Source of the DNA: Glaciecola sp.
Lineage (GTDB): Bacteria; Pseudomonadota; Gammaproteobacteria; Enterobacterales; Alteromonadaceae
DNA length: 64,000 nt
Assembly: GCA_018623155.1 (NCBI GenBank)
Contig: JAAZVZ010000003.1
Coordinates: 59,373-123,372, forward strand
Reading direction: 5' to 3'
Part shown: positions 21,846 to 32,412 of the stretch, piece after piece
Layout: each line of letters begins with the position of its first letter
Position numbering within the stretch: position 1 is the first letter of the stretch
Notes under the pieces: generated by a model
The model's input: only the letters and a program-made list of their open reading frames with translations
What the model was told of the DNA's origin: nothing
The model's database searches: none
Position numbers and translations under genes: made by a program

Positions 21846-22889
21846 CTAGAAGTTCACTGTATTGTTGTTATCAGATATGACTTCTTGAGCTGTAGAAGGG
21901 GATACTAAGCCATGTGCAATAAGACGTTGTACGCACTGCTCCATCGTCTGCATGCCATGCCCTTGACCGGTCTGTATCACTGAATACATCTGTGGGACCT
22001 TATCTTCTCGAATGAGGTTGCGAATGGCTGGTACGCCAAGCATGATTTCATGCGCTGCAATTCGTCCACCGCCTTCACGTTTGAGAAGATTTTGCGAGAT
22101 CACCGCACGCAAACTCTCAGACAACATAGAGCGCACCATGGACTTTTCTTCCGCAGGGAATACATCGATAATTCTATCGATGGTTTTGGGCGCAGAATTG
22201 GTATGCAGCGTACCAAACACAAGATGCCCGGTTTCTGCTGCAGAGATTGCTAAGCGTATCGTTTCTAAATCCCGTAGCTCACCAACCAAAATCACATCAG
22301 GATCCTCTCGCAGCGCGGAACGCAATGCATTGGAGAAAGATTTTGTATCACGATGTACCTCTCGTTGGTTCATCAAACAAAGTTTATTGTGATGCACAAA
22401 TTCAATTGGGTCCTCAATAGTGAGTATATGCTCGCGCTTGTAGGTATTAATGTGATCAATCATTGCCGCAAGTGTGGTTGATTTGCCTGAGCCAGTCGCC
22501 CCCGTTACCAAAACAATCCCCGTCGGTTGATCGATAATGTCTTTAAAAATATTCGGTGCACCAATGTCATCCAATGTTAACACTTTACTTGGGATGGTTC
22601 TCAAAACGGCGGCACATCCTCGGTTTTGAATAAAAGCATTTACCCGGAAACGCGCGAGCTCTTTGACTTCAAACGAGAAATCAACTTCGAGATTTTCTTC
22701 AAATTCACGGCGTTGCTGGTCATTCATCACTTCATAAATAAGCGCTTGTACAGATTTGTGATCGAGTTCATCTACGTTGAGACGACGCATTTCACCATCC
22801 ACTCGAATCATTGGTGGCTGACCTGCTGACAAATGTAGGTCCGATGCGTTATTCTTAACACTGAAAGCAAGTAATTCGGTAATATCCAT
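21846..22889 (-). CDS. pilT: Type IV pilus twitching-motility ATPase PilT
   Basis: 347 aa. N-terminus MDITELLAFSVKNNASDLHLSAGQPPMIRVDG, Walker A GATGSGKST, and AIRNLIRE motif. Confidence 0.92.
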   Translation of the reverse strand: MDITELLAFSVKNNASDLHLSAGQPPMIRVDGEMRRLNVDELDHKSVQALIYEVMNDQQRREFEENLEVDFSFEVKELARFRVNAFIQNRGCAAVLRTIPSKVLTLDDIGAPNIFKDIIDQPTGIVLVTGATGSGKSTTLAAMIDHINTYKREHILTIEDPIEFVHHNKLCLMNQREVHRDTKSFSNALRSALREDPDVILVGELRDLETIRLAISAAETGHLVFGTLHTNSAPKTIDRIIDVFPAEEKSMVRSMLSESLRAVISQNLLKREGGGRIAAHEIMLGVPAIRNLIREDKVPQMYSVIQTGQGHGMQTMEQCVQRLIAHGLVSPSTAQEVISDNNNTVNF

Positions 22890-22914
22890 AAATCACCTTT
22901 TATTTTATTAAACT

Positions 22915-23616
22915 ATGACTAACCACATTGCAGAAAAGTTAAACCAAATACAGCAACGTATTAATGATGCCGCCACATCGGCGAATCGCGATGCAACTAC
23001 TATTCAATTATTAGCCGTCAGCAAAACCAAACCCGTATCTGATATCGTACTTGCGTATGAAGCTGGACAACGTCACTTTGGTGAAAACTATGTGCAAGAG
23101 GGCGTTGAAAAAGTGCATGCTTTGCAACATTTATCTGAACTCACATGGCATTTTATTGGTCCGATTCAGTCGAATAAGAGTGCATTAATTAGCCAAGGGT
23201 TTGCTTGGTGTCATACGGTTGATCGTGAAAAAATAGCCCGAAGACTCAATGATCAGCGTCCCGATGACCTAGCACCTCTCAATGTTTGCATCCAAATCAA
23301 TATTGATAATGAACCAACTAAATCCGGAGTATTGCCGGAACAGATTGCACCTTTGGCTGATTTTATTCAAACTCAACCTCGTTTATCATTACGTGGTTTA
23401 ATGGCTATCCCAAAAGCACAACCAAATGCCATTGAGCAGACTAAAACACTGTCTCACCTGCAAAATCTATATCATGACTTGCAACAAAATTACCCCAACA
23501 TAGATACACTCTCTGTTGGAATGAGCGCAGATTTAGCGCCGGCCATTGCTCACGGTTCCACCATGGTTCGAGTTGGTACAGATATTTTTGGTGCTCGCGC
23601 GCCTCGCCCAGATTAA
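22915..23616 (+). CDS. yggS: PLP-homeostasis protein YggS
   Basis: 233 aa. YggS/PROSC family (LLAVSKTKP, HFIGPIQSNK). Confidence 0.9.
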   Translation: MTNHIAEKLNQIQQRINDAATSANRDATTIQLLAVSKTKPVSDIVLAYEAGQRHFGENYVQEGVEKVHALQHLSELTWHFIGPIQSNKSALISQGFAWCHTVDREKIARRLNDQRPDDLAPLNVCIQINIDNEPTKSGVLPEQIAPLADFIQTQPRLSLRGLMAIPKAQPNAIEQTKTLSHLQNLYHDLQQNYPNIDTLSVGMSADLAPAIAHGSTMVRVGTDIFGARAPRPD

Positions 23617-23631
23617 ATAAGGAATGACTAT

Positions 23632-24453
23632 ATGACTATTCATGCCAACATCGCCTTTATTGGTGCAGGCAATATGACCAGTGCCATTGTCACAGGTATG
23701 GTAAAAGCGGGTTACAGCCCTAGTAAAATATTATTAACCAATCGTTCAGAAGCCAAATTAAACCAGCTTAACGATCAGCTTGGGGTCCATATCAGTTCCG
23801 ATAATGACGCTGCGCTAAACTTTGCCAATTACATTGTGCTTGCGGTCAAGCCGCAAATGTTAGCAGAGGTCATAAACGCTTTGCCTAAACCCGAAAGACA
23901 GTCCAAAAAATATATTTCGATTGCAGCGGGTGTAACGGTTTCTCGCATCCAAGAGATGCTAGGAGCATCATGTGATGTCGTAAGATCTATGCCCAATACC
24001 CCGTCTAGTGTCGGCATGGGCATGACTGGGTTATATGCTCCGCAAGGCACAGATAAGGTTTTATGTGATTTGGCGACATATTGTTTGGAACAAGTTGGCA
24101 AAACTTTGTGGGTATCGGACGAAGCAATGATCAATAGTGTCATTGCTGCTGCTGGTTCAGCCCCTGCGTATTTATTTTTATTTGCTGAAGCCATGCAAGC
24201 AAAAGCCGAACAGTTGGGTTTCTCAGCACAGGATGCGAAACTTATGGTGGCGCAAACCCTAGCGGGTTCAGGTAAAATGTTGCTCGAACATGACGATATA
24301 TCTTTTAGTGAACTTCGCGCTAACGTCACCTCCAAAGGCGGAACCACGGCCAAGGCGATTGAGTCCTTTCAAAGTGCAGGGCTAACTGCTATGGTAGGAG
24401 ATGCAATGCAAGCAGCTGTTGAACGTGCTGAAGCAATGCAAAAATTGATTTAA
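23632..24453 (+). CDS. proC: Pyrroline-5-carboxylate reductase
   Basis: 273 aa. N-terminal Rossmann motif IAFIGAGNM and C-terminal SKGGTT motif, in yggS-proC-yggT order. Confidence 0.92.
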   Translation: MTIHANIAFIGAGNMTSAIVTGMVKAGYSPSKILLTNRSEAKLNQLNDQLGVHISSDNDAALNFANYIVLAVKPQMLAEVINALPKPERQSKKYISIAAGVTVSRIQEMLGASCDVVRSMPNTPSSVGMGMTGLYAPQGTDKVLCDLATYCLEQVGKTLWVSDEAMINSVIAAAGSAPAYLFLFAEAMQAKAEQLGFSAQDAKLMVAQTLAGSGKMLLEHDDISFSELRANVTSKGGTTAKAIESFQSAGLTAMVGDAMQAAVERAEAMQKLI

Positions 24454-24461
24454 GGACACTC

Positions 24462-25004
24462 ATGACTGCTTCTCATTTTTTAGTTGAAACCCTTTTTGGC
24501 CTTTACTTAATGGTCGTTATTTTGCGTTTATGGTTACAACTGGTCCGCGCGGACTTTTATAATCCCTTTTCTCAGTTCGTCGTCAAGGTAACACAGCCTA
24601 TAGTGGGTCCTTTGCGCCGAGTGATTCCAGCAATGGGTAAGTTTGATACCGCGACCTTCGTAATTGCTTTGATCATCGCATGTTTGAAGACATTCGTCAT
24701 TGTTTCACTTGTTCGCGGTTTATCAATTGACCCTTTTAGCTTAATGATTGTTGGTGTAATCGAAGTCATCAAAGAAGTGTTCAACCTCATGTTCTGGATG
24801 TTGATTATTCGCGCACTTTTAAGCTGGGTGTCACAAGGACAAAATCCAATAGAATATGTGATTGCACAACTGACTGAACCGTTTTTACGCCCTATTCGTA
24901 AAATTATACCTCCCATCGGCGGATTAGATTTGTCCATATTAGTTGCAATTATCGCTTTGCAATTTGTGGAGTTGTTACTAACACAGTACATCGGTGCTTT
25001 TTAG
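24462..25004 (+). CDS. yggT: YggT-family membrane protein
   Basis: 180 aa. Duplicated YGGT repeats and hydrophobic profile, in conserved position after proC. Confidence 0.85.
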   Translation: MTASHFLVETLFGLYLMVVILRLWLQLVRADFYNPFSQFVVKVTQPIVGPLRRVIPAMGKFDTATFVIALIIACLKTFVIVSLVRGLSIDPFSLMIVGVIEVIKEVFNLMFWMLIIRALLSWVSQGQNPIEYVIAQLTEPFLRPIRKIIPPIGGLDLSILVAIIALQFVELLLTQYIGAF

Positions 25005-25025
25005 AATATTTAATGGGGTTTTGAT

Positions 25026-25445
25026 ATGCGCAAATGGTTTGGTTTATTACTGATTAGCTTTTGTTGTTTTTCTGCGCAAGCTGAAATCAAACAAACACTT
25101 GGACCTTGGGACGTGCACTACATTGTGTTTCCATCTACGTTTTTAACACCAGAAATCGCCAAAGCCAATGGGCTCGTCCGCTCCAAATTCAATGCAGTTG
25201 TGAATATCTCGGTGTTAGATAAAAAAACGAAAAAAGCGCAGATGCCAGCGGTTGAAGGAGTTGCGAGGAACCTTATCGGCACCTCTAAAGAACTCAAATT
25301 TAAACGCGTCGTTGATGGCGACGCCATTTATTACCTTGCTCCACTTGCTTACCGTGACCGCGAAACGTATCGTTTCAAAGTCACCATGAGCGATCGTGGT
25401 CAAACAGAAGTACTCGAGTTTCAACAACAAATGTATGTAGATTAA
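25026..25445 (+). CDS. Secreted DUF4426-like protein
   Basis: 139 aa with a signal peptide (FSAQA-EIK). The family assignment is from memory of proteins that follow yggT in Vibrio/Shewanella-type genomes. Confidence 0.6.
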   Translation: MRKWFGLLLISFCCFSAQAEIKQTLGPWDVHYIVFPSTFLTPEIAKANGLVRSKFNAVVNISVLDKKTKKAQMPAVEGVARNLIGTSKELKFKRVVDGDAIYYLAPLAYRDRETYRFKVTMSDRGQTEVLEFQQQMYVD

Positions 25446-26212
25446 GCTCGGTCCTGTTCCAAGCGAATAAATGTCAATGTGGCGCTGTCACTTTGCTCTG
25501 TTGCGAAGCGATATCCAGCAACATTGAACTCTGACAATGCAGCTATGTCAGTAATCCGATTTTCGATGATCCATCGCGCCATCAACCCCCGTGCTTTTTT
25601 AGCGTAAAAGCTGATGATTTTGACTTTGCCATTTTTTTCATCTTTAAATACTGGAGTAATCAAACGCCCTTTCAATTCTGTCGTTTTTACCGCACTGAAA
25701 TATTCATTAGAGGCCAAGTTTACGACAACCTCAGAGTGCAAAGCATTTAGCTCATCCGTAATCTTGTTGCCCCAAAATTCATAGAGGTTCTTGCCGCGCT
25801 CAGTCGCCAATGATGTTCCCATCTCTAAGCGATAAGGCTGCATCAAATCGAGCGGTTTTAATACCCCATACAGACCAGACAATATCCGCAAATGCGATTG
25901 TGCAAACGCGATATCCTCTGCACTCAATGAGTAAGCATCTAATCCAGTATACACATCACCATTAAACGCATAGACAGCTTGGCGGGCATTATCATTTGCA
26001 AAAGGCATAGTAAAATCATTAAAACGCTCAGCGTTGAGTATCGCCAATTTATCACTGATCCCCATCAACTTAGACAAGTCTGCCGGCGAGAGCGTCTTAC
26101 AGACTTCTGCTAAGGCTTGAGTATCCTCTGGCAATGCAAGTTCAGAATGCTCTGCAACTGGCACAGGGGTGTTGTAATCTAAATTTTTTGCTGGGGATAA
26201 CAGGATTAACAT
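25442..26212 (-). CDS. yaaA: Peroxide stress protein YaaA (UPF0246)
   Basis: 256 aa. N-terminus [13 protein letters not shown] and motifs [14 protein letters not shown] and ARGLMARW are typical of YaaA. Confidence 0.88.
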   Translation of the reverse strand: MLILLSPAKNLDYNTPVPVAEHSELALPEDTQALAEVCKTLSPADLSKLMGISDKLAILNAERFNDFTMPFANDNARQAVYAFNGDVYTGLDAYSLSAEDIAFAQSHLRILSGLYGVLKPLDLMQPYRLEMGTSLATERGKNLYEFWGNKITDELNALHSEVVVNLASNEYFSAVKTTELKGRLITPVFKDEKNGKVKIISFYAKKARGLMARWIIENRITDIAALSEFNVAGYRFATEQSDSATLTFIRLEQDRA

Positions 26213-26527
26213 GATGACTCCTTTTTTCTTTGATTTGAGTGTACCATTTGCCTAGCTGTGACTAAACACTTGTCCAAAAAATCAACGTTTACTCTGGTTG
26301 AGTTGCTTTACGCATATTTGATCGCCGTAATAGTTGTTTTCATAGTTGCAAACAAGCGTTTCTTGCAATGGTTTTTTACTGAAAAAATTGATAATCTTGT
26401 GCATAAATTTTCTTCCTCATTCACTTTCTAAATAACCCCTTTAGGGACCTGTTATTTAGTATGAAAGACAACGTCGATTTGTTCTAACAATCAAAACAAA
26501 TCGGATTAATCGATTTTAAGGATTAAC

Positions 26528-27478
26528 ATGGCTGATTTACTCTCCTCATTAAAAAAAGTTACGACTGTTGTTGCCGATACCGGTGACATTGAAGCAATCA
26601 AAAAATACTCTCCCGTCGACGCAACGACTAATCCATCTTTATTATTAAAAGCGGCGAGCATACCTGAATATGCTTCGATGATTGATTCGTCCATAGCGTG
26701 GGCAAAAGCACAATCCAATAATACTGACCAGCAAATCATCGATGCCGCAGATAAACTTGCGGTGCTCATTGGAAAAGAAATTGTGGGGGTCATCCCAGGT
26801 CGAATTTCGACTGAAGTGGATGCGCGCCTGTCTTTTAGTACCGAAGCTACCGTCGCTAAAGCCCATAAGCTCATCGCTTTGTATGAAGAAGAGGGGATCA
26901 GTAAAGATCGCATTTTGATCAAGATTGCCTCAACTTGGGAGGGGATCAAAGCCGCTGAACAGCTCGAACAAGAAGGCATCAATTGTAACCTAACTCTGCT
27001 GTTCTCTTTTGCTCAAGCTCGTGCGTGTGCAGAAGCTGGGGTGTTTTTGATTTCACCTTTTGTTGGCCGTATTTTGGATTGGTTTAAAGCGAATAGCGCA
27101 GGTGATTTTAATGGCGCGCAGGATCCTGGTGTGATTTCGGTAACCAATATCTACAATTACTACAAGAACCATGGCTACGAGACTGTGGTCATGGGTGCCA
27201 GTTTCCGCAATACCAGCGAAATCCTTGAGCTAGCCGGTTGTGATCGTTTAACCATAGCACCTGCATTATTAGAAGAACTTGCCAATACTGATGCTGAACT
27301 AGACGTTAAATTGGTAGATAAAGGTGCTATTCAACCAGCTCCTGAAGCGATGACTGAGAACGAGTTCCGTTGGAATATGAACGAAGATGCGATGGCAACA
27401 GAAAAACTCGCTGAAGGCATTCGCAACTTTACCAAAGACCAAATCAAACTTGAGCAATTACTCGCGGAGAAACTTTAA
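26528..27478 (+). CDS. tal: Transaldolase
   Basis: 316 aa. TalB similarity ([38 protein letters not shown]). Confidence 0.95.
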   Translation: MADLLSSLKKVTTVVADTGDIEAIKKYSPVDATTNPSLLLKAASIPEYASMIDSSIAWAKAQSNNTDQQIIDAADKLAVLIGKEIVGVIPGRISTEVDARLSFSTEATVAKAHKLIALYEEEGISKDRILIKIASTWEGIKAAEQLEQEGINCNLTLLFSFAQARACAEAGVFLISPFVGRILDWFKANSAGDFNGAQDPGVISVTNIYNYYKNHGYETVVMGASFRNTSEILELAGCDRLTIAPALLEELANTDAELDVKLVDKGAIQPAPEAMTENEFRWNMNEDAMATEKLAEGIRNFTKDQIKLEQLLAEKL

Positions 27479-27480
27479 CT

Positions 27481-29094
27481 ATGTCATCAGCTTGGGATGA
27501 ACTAAAGGAACTAGCAGAACAAACATTGCCACATATGCGTACGATGTTTGAGCAAGATCCTAAACGAGCACAAACCTATCAGCTTGACGCAGCAGGTTGG
27601 CATCTTGATTATGCCAAAAATCGCATCAATCAGGCTGTCTTAGGAGCGCTCGTTTCACTGGCCAAAGAATCTAATATTGAATCCAAACGTGACGCCATGT
27701 TTGGTGGTGTTGCCATCAACTCAACAGAAGGACGGTCTGTACTGCATACCGCATTAAGGAATTTCTCTGGTGAGCCAGTTATCGTCGATGGACAAGATGT
27801 TATGCCTGAAATAGAGGCAACGTTAGACAAAATGAACGCTTTTTGTGACAGCATGATCAAGCAAACACATCTTGGCTATACTGGTAAAAAAATCACAGAT
27901 GTCGTCAGTATAGGGATCGGTGGTTCATTTTTGGGCCCTAAGATCATGACTGAGGCATTAAAGCCCTATCAGCATAAAGTATTTAATGTGCATTTTGTGG
28001 CAAATGTTGATGGTTGTCATATTCAAGACGTTTTAGCAGATTGTGACCCAGAAACGACCTTCGTGCTCATGTCTTCCAAATCGTTCAGTACCCAAGAGAC
28101 TTTACAAAATACCTTGACTGCCAAAGCGTGGTTCCTCAAATCAGGTGCTCCGCAAGCGGCTATTGCCACTCACTTTGCTGCCGTCTCTTCTAACGTTTCC
28201 GCTGCAGTCGAATTTGGTATGTCACCAGATATGGTGTTCCCAATGAATGATTGGGTCGGTGGACGTTATTCTTTGTGGTCTGCAATAGGACTTCCCATTG
28301 CCCTTGCGATTGGTTTTGCTCATTTTAAGCAACTCCTTGAAGGTGCTTTTGCAATGGATACGCACTTTAAGACTGCGCCACTAGAGCACAATATGCCAGT
28401 CATATTGGCATTATTAGGCATTTGGTATCGTAACTTTCATAATGCTCAAAGTCATGTATTACTGCCTTACTATCATTATTTACGTGGGTTCCCAGCATAC
28501 GTACAACAATTGGATATGGAAAGTAACGGTAAGCGCAACGCCATTGATGGTTCAGAACTAACCTATTCAACTGGCCCGATTATTTTTGGTTCAGAAGGCA
28601 CTAATGGACAACACTCATTTCATCAACTGATCCATCAAAGTGACACGCTTTTACCTGTCGATTTTATTTTTCCATTGAATGTACCGAATCAAGACGCTAC
28701 GCATCATGCGATGCTTGCTGCCAACTGTTTTGGGCAAGCTCAAGCCTTAATGCAAGGTAAAACATTTGATGAATGTTATGCAGATCTCTCTGAGGATATG
28801 GCAGACCGAGAGGTTATTGCTGCGCATAAAGTGATGCCTGGTAATAAGCCATCTAACACTTTATTGTGTGATGAATTGACACCATTTAACCTCGGTTCAC
28901 TTGTGGCTTTATATGAACATAAAGTCTTTGTACAAGGTGCTATCTGGGGCTTAAATAGCTTTGATCAATGGGGTGTTGAGCTCGGTAAAGTCTTAGGCAA
29001 TCAAGTTCTAGAGGCATTGCAGGGTGATACACATTCTGAGCTTGATAGCTCCACACAAGACTTGGTCAATCGCTATCGTCGCGCACAGTCATAA
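27481..29094 (+). CDS. pgi: Glucose-6-phosphate isomerase
   Basis: 537 aa. Pgi motifs (IGIGGSFLGP, GRYSLWSAIGL, ESNGK, GTNGQHSFHQLIHQ). Starts 2 nt after the tal stop. Confidence 0.95.
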   Translation: MSSAWDELKELAEQTLPHMRTMFEQDPKRAQTYQLDAAGWHLDYAKNRINQAVLGALVSLAKESNIESKRDAMFGGVAINSTEGRSVLHTALRNFSGEPVIVDGQDVMPEIEATLDKMNAFCDSMIKQTHLGYTGKKITDVVSIGIGGSFLGPKIMTEALKPYQHKVFNVHFVANVDGCHIQDVLADCDPETTFVLMSSKSFSTQETLQNTLTAKAWFLKSGAPQAAIATHFAAVSSNVSAAVEFGMSPDMVFPMNDWVGGRYSLWSAIGLPIALAIGFAHFKQLLEGAFAMDTHFKTAPLEHNMPVILALLGIWYRNFHNAQSHVLLPYYHYLRGFPAYVQQLDMESNGKRNAIDGSELTYSTGPIIFGSEGTNGQHSFHQLIHQSDTLLPVDFIFPLNVPNQDATHHAMLAANCFGQAQALMQGKTFDECYADLSEDMADREVIAAHKVMPGNKPSNTLLCDELTPFNLGSLVALYEHKVFVQGAIWGLNSFDQWGVELGKVLGNQVLEALQGDTHSELDSSTQDLVNRYRRAQS

Positions 29095-29134
29095 TGCACA
29101 TTTTGATATAGCGACCACAATAATACCCGTCCTC

Positions 29135-29170
29135 AAACCGTGTGCGTACATACCACACGGTTTTTCGTTT
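29135..29170 (+). terminator. Rho-independent terminator after pgi
   Basis: Stem AAACCGTGTG / CACACGGTTT with a 9-nt loop, followed by TTTTTCGTTTT. Confidence 0.65.
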
Positions 29171-29252
29171 TATTAGCCTGGTGAAATAATCCAATCTTTC
29201 TAAATTATAGGCAATTTATTTGTCTAATGTTTTCTTCTTTGGAGCAGATACA

Positions 29253-29483
29253 ATGGATAGACATCACTATTTTGATAGGGAAGCATTACACATGGACGCC
29301 AGTGTACTAGAAGAACCATTTAACATAGATAGAGATAGCGATTCATCATTGGTTCGTCGCCGTAGTAAACGGACCAAACGCAGATGGCGAGAAATCGAAG
29401 ACTTAAAAGCAAAACGAGAACTTGAGAGAGAGCTTGATGCTTATGATTTCAACTTCGATTTAGACGAAGAATCATCATCATAG
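29253..29483 (+). CDS. Small basic/acidic protein, DUF3545-like
   Basis: Track ORF starts at a TTG at 29220. I prefer the ATG at 29253 (MDRHHYFD) behind GGAG. The RRWREIEDLKAKRELEREL motif matches my memory of the DUF3545 family (WREIE core). Confidence 0.5.
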   Translation: MDRHHYFDREALHMDASVLEEPFNIDRDSDSSLVRRRSKRTKRRWREIEDLKAKRELERELDAYDFNFDLDEESSS

Positions 29484-29493
29484 TCTATGAACT

Positions 29494-30150
29494 TTACCAT
29501 GCTATAGTAGATTTCCCCTTCTTGGTAAGCCATTGATTTGCCATTGTAAAATGGCGGCAACCAAAAAAGCCCCGATGTGCCGATAAAGGGCTTGGATGCG
29601 GTGCTTTTAACACGCAGTGTTTTCGGTCATTGATGAGCTTTGATAGCTTCTGAGCGTGTGCTCCCCACAACATAAAGACAACATTATCGACATTATCACT
29701 CACATAACTCACCGCTGCATGAGTGAAGTTCTGCCAACCCAGCTCACTATGAGAGTTTGGTTCACCCTCAGCCACAGTTAATACTGTATTGAGCAACAAC
29801 ACCCCCTGCTTAGCCCAATGAGTCAGGTCCCCATGCATTGGAATTTGATAATCAGGAATTTCTTTATGAAGCTCTTTAAAAATGTTCTGCAAGGACGGTG
29901 GGATTTTAATGCCTTGCTCCACTGAAAATGCCAAGCCATGTGCTTGATGGGCACCGTGATAAGGATCCTGTCCCAGTATGACGACTTTCGTGTCAGATAG
30001 GTCAGATATCTTAAATGCACGCAGAACATCATCCTCTGGTGGGAAAACCACCTCACCAGAGGCACGGCGTTGTGTCAGCTTTTGTTGTAACTCCTTGTAA
30101 TATGGCAATCCTTGCTGGGTATTTATAAACTCCGACCAGCTGGGTGTCAT
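29494..30150 (-). CDS. ung: Uracil-DNA glycosylase
   Basis: 218 aa. Family-1 UDG motifs (VVILGQDPYHG, GVLLLNTVLTV, HPSPLSA). Confidence 0.95.
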   Translation of the reverse strand: MTPSWSEFINTQQGLPYYKELQQKLTQRRASGEVVFPPEDDVLRAFKISDLSDTKVVILGQDPYHGAHQAHGLAFSVEQGIKIPPSLQNIFKELHKEIPDYQIPMHGDLTHWAKQGVLLLNTVLTVAEGEPNSHSELGWQNFTHAAVSYVSDNVDNVVFMLWGAHAQKLSKLINDRKHCVLKAPHPSPLSAHRGFFGCRHFTMANQWLTKKGKSTIAW

Positions 30151-30162
30151 ACAACCTCTCTA

Positions 30163-31446
30163 CTAAGCGAGTAACTCAAACATATGTTGTTTAATTAAAG
30201 CATAATTTGCTGGTTTATCTACTGCTAATGACGGTTTATCGGCTACATCCATTAAAGGCTTCGGCAAAACCAAGGGCTCGCCAAGGATATTCTCAACTGA
30301 TTCTTTGAATTTCGCTGGATGGGCTGTCCCTAAAAAAAGACCAATTTCACCTTCAGCCAAAGTATTATGCAATGCACGATATGCAACGGCCGCGTGCGGC
30401 TCACTGGTGTATCCTAAATTTTTTAATTGTTTCATTGCTAGTTGAGTGTAATCTTCATCAATTGCAACACCGGTCAAGCAGTCCTTAGGCAAAATACCTT
30501 TTTCAAACATCGCTTCGATGCGTGGCCAGTTGTTTGGCTGTGCCACATCCATCGCATTCGAGATGGTCGCAATAGTCTGCTTGGGTGACCACTCACCATT
30601 TTGTAGATAGCGCGGCACTGTGTCGTTGAGGTTTGTGGCCGCGACAAAACGTTTAATCGGTAGACCTAGAGCCTTAGCAATCATACCAGCCGTTAAATTG
30701 CCAAAGTTACCGCTTGGTACTGAGATGACAAGCTCATCGCGCTTTTCAATAGGTAATTGAGCATAAGCCTCAAAGTAATAACAAACCTGAGCCAACAATC
30801 GAGAAATATTAATTGAGTTTGCTGAATTCAAGTGCAGTTCATCACGCATCTGTTGATCTTCAAACGCTTGCTTAACGATGGCCTGACATGCATCAAAGTC
30901 ACCATCAATGGCCACAGTATGAATATTACCACCAAGTGTGGTAAATAACTTTTCTTGTAACGGACTGATTTTGCCTTTCGGGAATAAGATCACGACATTG
31001 ACATTGTCTAAACCATGGAAGGCGTGCGCCACAGCAGCTCCGGTATCACCAGAGGTAGCCGTCAAAATGGTTACAGGTGCCCCCTGTGATATCTTAGCCA
31101 AACACTGCGCCATAAAACGACCACCAAAGTCCTTAAATGCGAGAGTCGGACCGTGAAATAACTCCAAACAATAGGTACTGTCATCCACTTTGGCTACCGG
31201 AGCAGGGAAATTAAATGCTTTGTCCACAAGTTCAGATACTTCTTCACCGCTGAACTCGTCTCCGAGTAAATGCTGTAAAATAACCTTAGAGCGCTCTTGT
31301 AACGATAGGGTAAGTAACTCGTCTATATTATCAAGCGGTGAAATCTGCTCAACAAAGAACAAACCTTGATTACGTCCCAATCCTGTCATTACGGCTTGTT
31401 GAAAGTTGACCTGTTGAGTTGCGTCTTTTAAATTGACTAAATGCAT
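30163..31446 (-). CDS. thrC: Threonine synthase
   Basis: 427 aa. Collinear with E. coli ThrC (PTLAFKDFG PLP-lysine motif). Confidence 0.95.
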   Translation of the reverse strand: MHLVNLKDATQQVNFQQAVMTGLGRNQGLFFVEQISPLDNIDELLTLSLQERSKVILQHLLGDEFSGEEVSELVDKAFNFPAPVAKVDDSTYCLELFHGPTLAFKDFGGRFMAQCLAKISQGAPVTILTATSGDTGAAVAHAFHGLDNVNVVILFPKGKISPLQEKLFTTLGGNIHTVAIDGDFDACQAIVKQAFEDQQMRDELHLNSANSINISRLLAQVCYYFEAYAQLPIEKRDELVISVPSGNFGNLTAGMIAKALGLPIKRFVAATNLNDTVPRYLQNGEWSPKQTIATISNAMDVAQPNNWPRIEAMFEKGILPKDCLTGVAIDEDYTQLAMKQLKNLGYTSEPHAAVAYRALHNTLAEGEIGLFLGTAHPAKFKESVENILGEPLVLPKPLMDVADKPSLAVDKPANYALIKQHMFELLA

Positions 31447-31460
31447 CGAAGATACCTTAC

Positions 31461-32402
31461 TTATAATGTACGTGTGCCAGCATCATCGATGCGACAAATA
31501 TGACAAAAACCATCGTCATTTTGAATGTAGTTGTCTTGAAGATAAGTTGCAATGGCTTGGGCACTTTGCAAATTATCACAAGCTGCGAAAACGGTTGGGC
31601 CAGAGCCTGAAATACCAAAACCTAAAGCGCCCTGTTCCATCGCAAAGGCTCGACTTTCATCGAAATGTGGTAAAAGAGACTTGCGATAGGGCTCGGCGAG
31701 TACGTCGTGAAAGACGCTTGCGGCTAATGGGGCATTCTGCATATGCGAAGCATGCACAAATACAGCGAGTTGACGTCCAAACGCTAAGGTTGTTGCCGTA
31801 TCCCACTCAGTGGGCATTAGTTTTCGAGCAGCTGAGGTGGAGACACTGATACCGCTATAACACGATACCCAATACCAGTTTTTGAACGTTGGAATTTGTT
31901 CGCAAATTGGATTGTCCAGGCCTGTCATCAAAGTCATGCCACCAAATAGGGCTGGCGCAACGTTATCGTAGTGTACAGCACCACTGATTTGACCTTCACA
32001 TTCGCCCATCATGAACAATAGTTCATTATCATCAAATGGTTGACCATAAAACGCATTCAATGCGTAAAATGCTGCGACAATTGAACTTGCAGAAGACCCT
32101 AAACCACTGCCTATTGGCAGAGTTTTATCTAAGTGTAACGCCAATGTTTGTGTGGGTAAACCACGTTGTTGCATGCGCTCATGATAAAAGTGATAACACT
32201 GAGTGACGATATTGTTGTCTGTGCCTGGCGGTAAACGTTCGGCAAATCGTCCCGATACCGTCAAGGCATATTCTGGCGCTGGCTCTACCCCAACTTTATC
32301 ACCTAACAACGTGCCATCAATCGGCGCTAATGCTGCACCAAGCACATCAAAACCCACACTGACATTACCTATCGACGCAGGCGCATATGCAGTTACTTTC
32401 AT
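31461..32402 (-). CDS. thrB: Homoserine kinase
   Basis: Track ORF runs to 32498 and overlaps thrA. I trimmed it to MKVTAYAPASIGNVSVGFDVLG (ATG at 32402). GHMP kinase motif PIGSGLGSSASS is present. Confidence 0.93.
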   Translation of the reverse strand: MKVTAYAPASIGNVSVGFDVLGAALAPIDGTLLGDKVGVEPAPEYALTVSGRFAERLPPGTDNNIVTQCYHFYHERMQQRGLPTQTLALHLDKTLPIGSGLGSSASSIVAAFYALNAFYGQPFDDNELLFMMGECEGQISGAVHYDNVAPALFGGMTLMTGLDNPICEQIPTFKNWYWVSCYSGISVSTSAARKLMPTEWDTATTLAFGRQLAVFVHASHMQNAPLAASVFHDVLAEPYRKSLLPHFDESRAFAMEQGALGFGISGSGPTVFAACDNLQSAQAIATYLQDNYIQNDDGFCHICRIDDAGTRTL

Positions 32403-32412
32403 AATTGTGAAC

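Noticed and set aside
23829-24353. 174-aa ORF antisense to proC.
   Set aside because: Same reasoning: it is the frame-shadow of a well-conserved gene, with no independent coding evidence.
26506-26982. 158-aa ORF antisense to the tal 5' region.
   Set aside because: It overlaps the strongly supported transaldolase gene. The Ser/Ala-rich product has no family resemblance.
31433-31849. 138-aa ORF antisense across the thrC/thrB junction.
   Set aside because: It overlaps two conserved genes. The Arg/His/Cys-rich composition is typical of non-coding frames.
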